Of a stretch of 64,000 nt of DNA, positions 26,287 through 34,225 are shown one piece after another; position 1 is the stretch's first letter; the number at the start of each line of letters is the position of its first letter. Where the stretch lies: positions 10,178 through 74,177 of the forward strand of contig DATJFG010000133.1 in NCBI GenBank assembly GCA_035495775.1. Reading direction: 5' to 3'. A program made the position numbers and the translations under genes. The DNA comes from Verrucomicrobiia bacterium (GTDB taxonomy: Bacteria; Desulfobacterota; Binatia; UBA9968). The notes beneath the pieces are model-generated. The model did no database searches, was not told where the DNA came from, and saw nothing but the letters and a program-made list of their open reading frames with translations.

Positions 26287-28284
26287 GTGAAGAATTTTCT
26301 TTTCATTCTTCTTTTTCTTCTTGTCCCCGGGCACGCTTTCGCCCACGGTGAGCACGGCAATGCCGCGCCGCCCACGGGAACGTCGCCGGTAACCGTCGAC
26401 GGCTATCAAATTGAACTGTTGACGGTTCCTTCGCCGCTCGTCGCCGGCAAAGCGAGCCAAATCGTCGCGAAGGTGCTGCGCAGCGGCACGATGGAGCCCG
26501 TGAGCGGCGGCACGGTTTCCATCGGCATCGCCCCGATGGAAGCGGCGGCGGCGATGGATGCGCATAGTGAGCACGCCGGTCATGCCGCAATGAATCACGG
26601 TTCGTCTTTGACGCCGGTGCCCGAGGTCACATGGGCGGGCAGCTATACGCTCGAGCAGACGCCGGTGCAGCCGGGCTCCCATATGGTCCGCGTTGCGCTG
26701 GCGGAGCTCAACGGCAGAGCTTTCGCATCGCCGATCGTTATCGATTTTCATATCGACGTCGGCTCCGCCAACGCAATTTCGCCCGCGCTTCTCATAGCCG
26801 CGCTATCGGCATTGGTCGTCGCTTTCGTCGGCGTCGGGCGCGCCGCGGCGCGCGCGCGCGCGCCGATCGAGGCCGAGGGTTCGCTCGATTTGCTGCGCCT
26901 TCAATGGCTCGATCGCTTCGTCCGCTGGAGAGGATTCCAGCCGGTTTTTCAACTCCCCGTTTTAGCGCTGACGATTCTGCTCGCGTATCTGGGCTTCGCC
27001 GACATCCAGGACGGCGCGAAAAATCTCGCGACGAGACTCACCTGGATCGTCTGGTGGCCGAGCATCATCTTTACTTTTATTCTCGTCGGCCGCTTCTGGT
27101 GCGTGATGTGTCCGTTCGGCGCACTCAACGAATGGGCGGCGAAATTGGGCAAGCCCGGGCGCATGTTTCCCAAACCGCTGCGCAATCTTTGGGTTGCGAC
27201 TTTTCTCTTTGTCCTTCTCACTTGGTTCGACGAGCAGCTCGGCATCATCCGCTCGCCGTATATGACGGCTTCTCTCATCGTCCTGCTCTCGTCGGCCGCG
27301 ATCGTCACCGGACTTTTTTATCAGCGCCGGACTTTTTGCCGATATCTATGCCCGATCACCGGCTTGCAGGGCCTTTACTCGATGATCTCCCCCGTCGAGC
27401 TGCGCTCAAAAAATCGCAGCGCGTGCCAGACCGAGTGCCATCAGGAATGCTATCGCGGCAACGACCGCGGCGACGGCTGCCCGATGTTCGAGTTCCCGAT
27501 GATGATGGAGCAGAATACGTTCTGTAACTTCTGCTTCGAATGCGTGAAAAGCTGTCCGCCGGGAAATCTAGCGCTTAAAACGCGCGCGTTTGGACGCGAG
27601 CTGTGGAGCGCGGGCGTCCGCAAGCTCGACGAAGCGTATCTCGCCGTCGCGCTGGTCGGCATCACCAGCATCGTCAGCGCGCAGATGCTCGGGCCGTGGA
27701 ACGACTGGATATCGCGCCTGGCGCGTTATCTGCCGATCGACATCCGTGTTTTGATGCGGCCCGTGACATATCTCGCGATGACCGAATCGGCCGTGTTCTT
27801 CCTGCTATCGCTCGCCTTTGCCCCCTTGCTGGTACTTTTCGCCGCCTGGTTGGCGGTCAAGTCGTCAGGTGAAACGGCGCGAAGCGTCAAGGAGACGTTT
27901 GTCATGTTGGCGGGCATGTTTATTCCCGTCGGCCTCGCGATGCATCTCGCGCACAACGCGTCCCATCTTCTGGCCGAGGGAGCCGGGGTTATTCCGGCCT
28001 TGCAGCGCGTCTTGAACCGCTACACTCCGTTCGATTTCGGCACGCCCAATTGGCAGAGCAGCCCGCTGGCGTCCGCCGAAGCGATCCACTGGCTGCAGAT
28101 GCTGCTCATCGTTGCCGGGCTCGGTCTCTCGTTGGCCGCCTACGAGCATCTTTCGATCGCATGGCAGGGAAAGCGGCCGCAAGGGGCGCGGGCGCTCATT
28201 CCGTTCGCGGCAGTGGCCCTCATCTTCACGATCATCAATTTGCTCCTCCTCAATCAGCCGATGGCCATGCGCCACGGCATGTAA
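26287..28284 (+). CDS. membrane polyferredoxin of NapH/CcoG(FixG)/NosR type with N-terminal periplasmic His/Met-rich domain
   Basis: Signal peptide; HGEHGN and MDAHSEHAGHAAMNHG; CxxCP motifs FWCVMCPFG and CRYLCPITG; two ferredoxin motifs CQTECHQEC...CP and CNFCFECVKSCPPG; extra C-terminal TM helices; GTG start. Confidence 0.7.
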   Translation: MKNFLFILLFLLVPGHAFAHGEHGNAAPPTGTSPVTVDGYQIELLTVPSPLVAGKASQIVAKVLRSGTMEPVSGGTVSIGIAPMEAAAAMDAHSEHAGHAAMNHGSSLTPVPEVTWAGSYTLEQTPVQPGSHMVRVALAELNGRAFASPIVIDFHIDVGSANAISPALLIAALSALVVAFVGVGRAAARARAPIEAEGSLDLLRLQWLDRFVRWRGFQPVFQLPVLALTILLAYLGFADIQDGAKNLATRLTWIVWWPSIIFTFILVGRFWCVMCPFGALNEWAAKLGKPGRMFPKPLRNLWVATFLFVLLTWFDEQLGIIRSPYMTASLIVLLSSAAIVTGLFYQRRTFCRYLCPITGLQGLYSMISPVELRSKNRSACQTECHQECYRGNDRGDGCPMFEFPMMMEQNTFCNFCFECVKSCPPGNLALKTRAFGRELWSAGVRKLDEAYLAVALVGITSIVSAQMLGPWNDWISRLARYLPIDIRVLMRPVTYLAMTESAVFFLLSLAFAPLLVLFAAWLAVKSSGETARSVKETFVMLAGMFIPVGLAMHLAHNASHLLAEGAGVIPALQRVLNRYTPFDFGTPNWQSSPLASAEAIHWLQMLLIVAGLGLSLAAYEHLSIAWQGKRPQGARALIPFAAVALIFTIINLLLLNQPMAMRHGM

Positions 28285-28313
28285 AACTCCCGCGCACTAC
28301 GGAGGTTGTTTCG

Positions 28314-30680
28314 ATGTCCCGAGCAAATTTAAGCAGGCGCGACTTTCTCCGCCAGACCGCCGCTCTCGCCGCGGCATCGGGCGTATCGCCGAGTGTTTTT
28401 TTCGCCAAGGAGGCCGACGCCGAAGAAGCGGTCGTCGATGCCTGGCAAAAAGCGCCGTGCCGCTTCTGCGGCACGGGCTGCGGCGTTCTAGCCGGAATAC
28501 GCAAAGGCAAGATCGTCGCCGTGCGAGGCGATCCCGAGGCGCCGGTCAACCGCGGGCTTCTCTGTATCAAAGGTTACAGTCTGCCGAAGATCCTCTACGG
28601 CTCCGACCGCTATACGACGCCGCTGCTGCGCCAAGGCGATGAGTTTGTCCCGATCACCTGGGAAAGCGCGCTCGATCTCATGGCCGCCAAGTTCAAGCAG
28701 GCGATCGAAAAATCCGGACCGGAATCGGTCGGCGCTTACTTCTCGGGGCAATCGACGATTTTCGAGGGCTACGCGATCAATAAGCTGATGAAGGGCGGCA
28801 TCGGTTCGAACAACATCGAGGGCAATCCGCGGCTCTGCATGGCTTCGGCCGTCACCGGATTCTACTCGACGTTCAATATGGACGAGCCGATGGGCTGCTA
28901 CGACGATTTCGAGCTCACCGACACCTTTTTTCTCTGGGGCTCGAACATGGCGGAAATGCATCCTATGCTTTACTCGCGCATTGTCGAGCGCAAGCGGCAA
29001 GACCCCGCCGTCAAGATCGTGAGCCTCCAGACCTTTACGAACCGCAGTGCGGAAGCTCCGGCCGATATCGTTATGGTCTTCAAGCCGCAGTCCGATCTCG
29101 CCATCGCCAACGCCATGGCCCACGTGGTCGTCAAAGAGGGGCTCATCGACGAGAACTTCATCCGCAAGCACGTGAATTTTAAACGCGGTCTCACCAACAT
29201 CGGCTACGGCGTCGAAGACCGCTTCGAATACGGCGGCGCGGAGCCGAGCTGGAAAACCTTTCGACCCTTCGCCGACAAAGGCGAGCCGGTAAGCTACGAC
29301 GATTACAAAAAATTTCTCCAGACCTACACGCCGGAATACGCCGAAAAGATCTCGGGCGTGCCGGCGCAGATAATCCGAGAGGCGGCGCTGCTATTCGGCG
29401 ATCCCAAGCGCAAGGCGGTTTCCCTTTGGACGATGGGGTTCAACCAGCACACCCGCGGCACTTGGATCAATAATTTGCTCTACAACCTGCACCTGCTGAC
29501 GGGAAAAATCGCCGCGCCGGGAAACAACCCGCTATCGCTCACGGGGCAGCCGTCCGCCTGCGGCACGACGCGCGAGACCGGCGCGCTCGCGCATCTTCTT
29601 CCCGGCGGTCATTTCGTCGCCAACGAAGAGCACCGAAAGGAGGCGGCGGAAATCTGGGGTGTCGCGCCGGAGAAGATCTCTCCCAAGCCGGGTTATCATA
29701 CGATGGAGCTGTTCCGCGCCTTGGACCGCGGCGACGTTAAAGTGCTGTGGATCAACACGACGAATCCATTTCAGACGCTGCCGCGCGCCGGCCGCTACCG
29801 ACAGGGCGCGCGTAAAGGCGGGGAGCGCTTTTTGATCGTGTCGGAGGTCTACCCGAGCGAGACGTCGCGTTACGCCGATCTCATCCTGCCGTCTGCGATG
29901 TGGATCGAGAAGGAAGGCATGTTCGGGAATACCGAGCGCCGCACGCAGCATTGGGCGAAGATGGTCGAGCCGCCCGGCCAGGCGAAAGGCGATCTATGGC
30001 AAATCGTCGAGCTGGCGAAGCGCTTGGGTCTGGGGAAACTTTTCGACTACGGCGCGGAGCCGCTGGAGAAATCCTTATTCGAAGAATATCGCAAGTTCGG
30101 CTCGGGAAGAGGAAAGGATCTCGCTCCGTACGATGTCTACGCAAAGGTTCGCGGCGGACTTAGGTGGCCGGTGGTCGACGGCAAAGAAACTCGCTGGCGC
30201 TATCGCGAAGGTCACGATCCCTACGTCAAGGCCGGCGAGGAGGTGCGCTTTTACGGCCAGCCGGACGGCCGCGCGGTTATTTGGCTGCGGCCCTACGAGG
30301 CGCCGGCGGAAGCGCCGGACGGCGATTATCCCTTCTGGCTCAGTACCGGCCGCGTCCTTGAGCATTGGCACACCGGAACGATTACGCGGCGCGTTCCCGA
30401 ACTCCACGCGGCTTTTCCCTTCGCCCCGGTTTGGATCAATCCCGATGACGCCAAGGCCATGGACGTCAAGACCGGCGACCGCATGCGCATCCAATCCCGC
30501 CGCGGCGAGATTGTCGCGCGCGCCGAGCTGGGCGGCAGGAACACGGTGCCGAAAGGCTTCGTTTACGTGCCGTTTTTCGATGAGAGCGTGCTGATCAATT
30601 TGGTGACGCTGGACGCTTTCGATCCCATTTCCAAACAGCCGGACTTCAAGAAATGCGCCGTCCGATTAGAGAAAATATAG
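28314..30680 (+). CDS. napA: periplasmic nitrate reductase catalytic subunit NapA (molybdopterin oxidoreductase)
   Basis: Tat signal SRRDFLRQTAALAAA; N-terminal [4Fe-4S] motif CRFCGTGCGV typical of NapA; ~788 aa. The track ORF starts upstream, but the ATG at 28314 with GGAGG RBS fits. Confidence 0.85.
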   Translation: MSRANLSRRDFLRQTAALAAASGVSPSVFFAKEADAEEAVVDAWQKAPCRFCGTGCGVLAGIRKGKIVAVRGDPEAPVNRGLLCIKGYSLPKILYGSDRYTTPLLRQGDEFVPITWESALDLMAAKFKQAIEKSGPESVGAYFSGQSTIFEGYAINKLMKGGIGSNNIEGNPRLCMASAVTGFYSTFNMDEPMGCYDDFELTDTFFLWGSNMAEMHPMLYSRIVERKRQDPAVKIVSLQTFTNRSAEAPADIVMVFKPQSDLAIANAMAHVVVKEGLIDENFIRKHVNFKRGLTNIGYGVEDRFEYGGAEPSWKTFRPFADKGEPVSYDDYKKFLQTYTPEYAEKISGVPAQIIREAALLFGDPKRKAVSLWTMGFNQHTRGTWINNLLYNLHLLTGKIAAPGNNPLSLTGQPSACGTTRETGALAHLLPGGHFVANEEHRKEAAEIWGVAPEKISPKPGYHTMELFRALDRGDVKVLWINTTNPFQTLPRAGRYRQGARKGGERFLIVSEVYPSETSRYADLILPSAMWIEKEGMFGNTERRTQHWAKMVEPPGQAKGDLWQIVELAKRLGLGKLFDYGAEPLEKSLFEEYRKFGSGRGKDLAPYDVYAKVRGGLRWPVVDGKETRWRYREGHDPYVKAGEEVRFYGQPDGRAVIWLRPYEAPAEAPDGDYPFWLSTGRVLEHWHTGTITRRVPELHAAFPFAPVWINPDDAKAMDVKTGDRMRIQSRRGEIVARAELGGRNTVPKGFVYVPFFDESVLINLVTLDAFDPISKQPDFKKCAVRLEKI

Positions 30681-30688
30681 GTGGGCTC

Positions 30689-30985
30689 ATGACGAAAATC
30701 ATTTTCCCGATTCTTTTCGTGGCATTTCTCGCCTTATCGACCGCGCAGGACTCTCCCGCAGAAGAGAGTCAGCGGTTGCCGCGCTCTTATCCTGGAGCGC
30801 CGCCTCTGATTCCGCACGATGTGGAGGCGCGAAAGGGACTTTGTCTCACCTGTCATGAAACCGGAGTGGCTGAGGCGCCGATCGTTCCGCATCCGACGCG
30901 TGATCCGGTATGCCTGGAGTGCCATGTCGGCCAAGACCGTACGGCGAAAGAGTTCCGTAGCTCCACTCAGCCGGCTAAGCAGTAA
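30689..30985 (+). CDS. napB: diheme cytochrome c NapB, small subunit of periplasmic nitrate reductase
   Basis: Signal peptide, two CxxCH (CLTCH, CLECH), LIPHD region; ~98 aa; immediately downstream of napA. Confidence 0.75.
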   Translation: MTKIIFPILFVAFLALSTAQDSPAEESQRLPRSYPGAPPLIPHDVEARKGLCLTCHETGVAEAPIVPHPTRDPVCLECHVGQDRTAKEFRSSTQPAKQ

Positions 30986-31066
30986 AGAGGAGCACGTCGT
31001 CTGACTACCGCGACGGGCTATTCAACACGGAGAGCAGCGTTGGCTTACGCAGGGTGCTTCAGTTAA

Positions 31067-31543
31067 TCAAGCCGCTGCAACAGCCGGCTTCAGCTGCGGC
31101 TGTGGTCGGATAGACAGAACGGGGCAGGATGATTTCCGCACGACGTTTTCCGTGACGCTTCCCGTGAGCATGTGCGATAGCCCTGTCCTGCCATGCGTTG
31201 AGATGACAATGAGATCGACATTCTCCTGGGCGACCTTCTCTACGATATTTTCGTCTGGATTGCCTACTTCAACGATAGCTTCCAACCCTTCCACCGGCAG
31301 CAAATCGCTACAGTGCGCTTCGATGAAGCTCGCGAGCAGCTGACGATGCTTCTTCAACAGCTTTTCAAGCAGAATCGGCTTGACGTGCAAGAGCTGGAAG
31401 CGGACAAATTCGTCAAGGCAAAGCACGTGATAGACGATGACCTTGCAGCCGGACTCTTTGGCCATCTCAAGCGCCGTACGCAAGCCGACAAGCGAAAGCT
31501 CCGATAAATCCGTCGGCGCCAGAATCTTTCCAATTTTTTTCAT
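31067..31543 (-). CDS. universal stress protein (UspA family)
   Basis: 158 aa; USP fold blocks (ILAPTDLSE..., VIVISTHGRTGL..MLTGSVTENVVRKSSCPVL). Confidence 0.85.
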   Translation of the reverse strand: MKKIGKILAPTDLSELSLVGLRTALEMAKESGCKVIVYHVLCLDEFVRFQLLHVKPILLEKLLKKHRQLLASFIEAHCSDLLPVEGLEAIVEVGNPDENIVEKVAQENVDLIVISTHGRTGLSHMLTGSVTENVVRKSSCPVLSIRPQPQLKPAVAAA

Positions 31544-31588
31544 CGTCCGATCCTCTCGGTTAGTGGGAGTTTTCTATTTTTTGCTTCA

Positions 31589-31603
31589 GCACAAAGCATG
31601 CCA
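31589..31603 (-). promoter_or_regulatory. possible sigma54 promoter variant TGGCAT-gcttt-GTGCT upstream of usp
   Basis: Plus strand GCACAAAGCATGCCA; GG/GC spacing correct, -12 is GTGC. Confidence 0.3.
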
Positions 31604-31769
31604 CCCATAACGAGTAAATCTCCAGGAAAAAGCCTGTCTCTACATGGCTTTTTCCACTTTTTAAGAGAATGGCGCTTAAAATTCGCATTGAAGCGAAAAA
31701 TTCCCTCGCCCTCTTCAGTAAGTTGTGCTATTTTTCCACGGCATAAAGCTTGCTGTGTGGTTTCGGCGC

Positions 31770-32510
31770 ATGAGGAATCGGCTCATAATTACGTCCGCTT
31801 TTTCCTTCCTCATCACCTCCTTTATTTTTTCAGCGGCTCTGTCTTTCGCCTACGATGAGATCGCAGTTGCCAACGGCGGTGCGATCAAAGGCACGGTCCG
31901 GTTTACCGGCGGTCTGCCGAAGCTCGCCCCCCCCGTCGTGACGAAGTTCAAAGAGGTCTGCCAGGGCGTTCCGAATGAAAGCCTGGTCAGCGGTCCGGGA
32001 CAGGGAATCCGCTATGCCGTCGTCACGCTTGAAGGCGTCGCCAAAGGACGTCCCATCGAGCGCGAAGTCGTCCATGAAATCGACAACGTAAAATGTCGCT
32101 TCGCGCCCCATGTGATCGTCGCGGAGGTGGGGCAGTTTATCGTCTTCAAGAACAGCGATCCGATACTCCATACGGCGCACGCTTTATTCCAGGGCGATCA
32201 GCCGCAATTCAACGTCGGCCTCTATCCTGGACGCGTCAGCCGCAAGCCGCTGACGATGCCGGGAATCGTAAAGATCATTTGCGAAGTCCATTCATGGATG
32301 AGCGCCTACGTCGGGGTCACCGATCACCCGTATCACGCCGTCACGGACGCCTACGGTGAATATTTAATCCAAGATGTGCCGCCGGGCGTCTACCGGCTGA
32401 AACTATGGCATGAGACTTTGGGCGTCCAGGAGAAAGATATCGAAGTGAAAGCGGCTACGACTGCGCAGGTCGACTTCAGCATGTCGCAAAAATCGGGAGA
32501 AAAGAAATGA
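31770..32510 (+). CDS. secreted cupredoxin-like (type-1 copper, C-x2-H-x2-M) domain fused to carboxypeptidase-regulatory-like beta-sandwich domain
   Basis: Signal peptide; ligand candidates H (PILHTAHALF) and CEVHSWM (amicyanin-like C-x2-H-x2-M); C-terminal YGEYLIQDVPPGVYRLKLWH CarbopepD_reg-like. Confidence 0.5.
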   Translation: MRNRLIITSAFSFLITSFIFSAALSFAYDEIAVANGGAIKGTVRFTGGLPKLAPPVVTKFKEVCQGVPNESLVSGPGQGIRYAVVTLEGVAKGRPIEREVVHEIDNVKCRFAPHVIVAEVGQFIVFKNSDPILHTAHALFQGDQPQFNVGLYPGRVSRKPLTMPGIVKIICEVHSWMSAYVGVTDHPYHAVTDAYGEYLIQDVPPGVYRLKLWHETLGVQEKDIEVKAATTAQVDFSMSQKSGEKK

Positions 32511-33124
32511 TCCGGCCGTGGCTGATCATATCGGTTTTGCTCGCTCTGGATTTTTCATCTGCGCTGGCGGCAGAGCCGGCAAACGGCGTCATTAAGGGAT
32601 CCATCACCATCGGCGGCCGGCCGACCGCCGATGCCGTCGTTTCCTTGGAGGGGTTCTCGCCGAAGGCTGTAAAGCCGCAATCAGCCGCCAGCAAAACGAA
32701 AGCCGTCATCGATCAAAAAGATCTCAAATTTAATCCGCGCGTGCTGGCCGTGATGGTGGGCAAGACCGTGGATTTTCCGAATCACGACAAGACTTTCCAC
32801 AACGTCTTTTCGACCTCAGAGGCGAAAAAATTCGATCTCGGTCTCTATCCGTCGGGCCAAAGCCGCAGCGTCAATTTCGACAAGCCGGGCGTCGTCAAAA
32901 TCTTGTGTAATGTCCATCCAAACATGGAGGCCTACGTTGTCGTCAAGGCGCACCCGTACTTCAGCGTTCCCGACGACCGCGGCAATTATTCCATCAAGGG
33001 TGCGCCGATGGGTAAATATCGCGTCGAGGTGTGGCATCCACAATTCGGCGTCAAAAGCGTTCCCGTGGAGCTGGTGCGAGACGGCGAAGTCCTCGCGATC
33101 AATTTGGATTTAAAGGACAAATAG
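32507..33124 (+). CDS. paralog of preceding gene: cupredoxin-like + carboxypeptidase-regulatory-like domain protein
   Basis: FHNVFS ... CNVHPNM (C-x2-H-x2-M) ... GNYSIKGAPMGKYRVEVWH; ATGA overlap. Confidence 0.5.
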   Translation: MIRPWLIISVLLALDFSSALAAEPANGVIKGSITIGGRPTADAVVSLEGFSPKAVKPQSAASKTKAVIDQKDLKFNPRVLAVMVGKTVDFPNHDKTFHNVFSTSEAKKFDLGLYPSGQSRSVNFDKPGVVKILCNVHPNMEAYVVVKAHPYFSVPDDRGNYSIKGAPMGKYRVEVWHPQFGVKSVPVELVRDGEVLAINLDLKDK

Positions 33125-33250
33125 CTCATTCGAGTCTTGTTTTTGAAAATTACCGGTATTATACCTGAGCGCGAATTTTCAGTCGTCGGTTTGCGGTAAT
33201 TCCGAGGCCGCGGCGATGCGGCCGGTTAGAGAAAGCGAACGGGGGGTTAC

Positions 33251-34213
33251 ATGATCCAACGACCTCTGAAGGATTTCGTTTTCCGCTGTCTTGTAAAATT
33301 TTCCGCAGCGGCTGTTTTCTTCATTCTAACCGCAGCCGCCTGGTCTGCGGACGCACCTCCACCCGAGCCTACCTACGTCGGCAGCGACGTCTGCAAGGCC
33401 TGTCACGCGCCTCAATTCGAGCAGTTCTCGCAGACGCAGATGGGCAAAATATTTTTATTCAACGCCCGCACGCTGCGCGAGAAACAAGCCTGCGAATCTT
33501 GCCACGGACCCGGCAGCAATCACGTCGCCGCCGGCGGCGGCCGGGGCGTCGGCGGGCTGATCTCGTTTCGTAAAGACGCCGAGCCGGGAAAAGTGCAAAA
33601 CGGCGCCTGTCTCCAATGCCATGAGAAGGGCATGCATACGTATTGGGAGGCGAGCCCGCATGCGAGCCGCGGGCTCACCTGCACGAACTGCCACACCGTC
33701 ATGCACAAGACGACCGACCGCTACCAGCTCGCGAAGGTCGACGACAAGACCCCGTTTTTCTGGAAGCGCGCCGATATCGAGGTCTGCGGGCAATGCCATC
33801 TGCAGAGAAAAGCGCAGCTCATGCGCTCCTCACACATGCCGATGCGCGAAGGAAAGATCGGCTGCAGCGACTGCCACAATCCCCATGGAACGCCGAATCC
33901 GTCCCAGCTGAAACAGGCAAGTGTCAATGAGAACTGTTACACGTGCCACACCGAGCGGCGCGGGCCCTTCCTATGGGAGCATCCGCCGGTCATCGAGAAC
34001 TGCACGAATTGCCATGAGCCGCATGGTTCGGTCAACGACCGGCTGCTAAAGGTCACAGACCCGCGTCTCTGCACGCAGTGCCACCAGACGGCATTTCACC
34101 CCTCGACGCCGCGCGGGAAGAATTCGGCCTTTTTCTTCAACCGCAGCTGTACGAATTGTCATAGTCAGGTCCACGGCTCGAATCATCCAGCTGGGATATT
34201 CTTCCAGAGATAA
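33251..34213 (+). CDS. periplasmic decaheme c-type cytochrome, MtrA/MtoA/PioA family
   Basis: Signal peptide and 10 CxxCH motifs in 320 aa (CKACH, CESCH, CLQCH, CTNCH, CGQCH, CSDCH, CYTCH, CTNCH, CTQCH, CTNCH). Confidence 0.85.
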   Translation: MIQRPLKDFVFRCLVKFSAAAVFFILTAAAWSADAPPPEPTYVGSDVCKACHAPQFEQFSQTQMGKIFLFNARTLREKQACESCHGPGSNHVAAGGGRGVGGLISFRKDAEPGKVQNGACLQCHEKGMHTYWEASPHASRGLTCTNCHTVMHKTTDRYQLAKVDDKTPFFWKRADIEVCGQCHLQRKAQLMRSSHMPMREGKIGCSDCHNPHGTPNPSQLKQASVNENCYTCHTERRGPFLWEHPPVIENCTNCHEPHGSVNDRLLKVTDPRLCTQCHQTAFHPSTPRGKNSAFFFNRSCTNCHSQVHGSNHPAGIFFQR

Positions 34214-34225
34214 GGAGGTCGGAAC

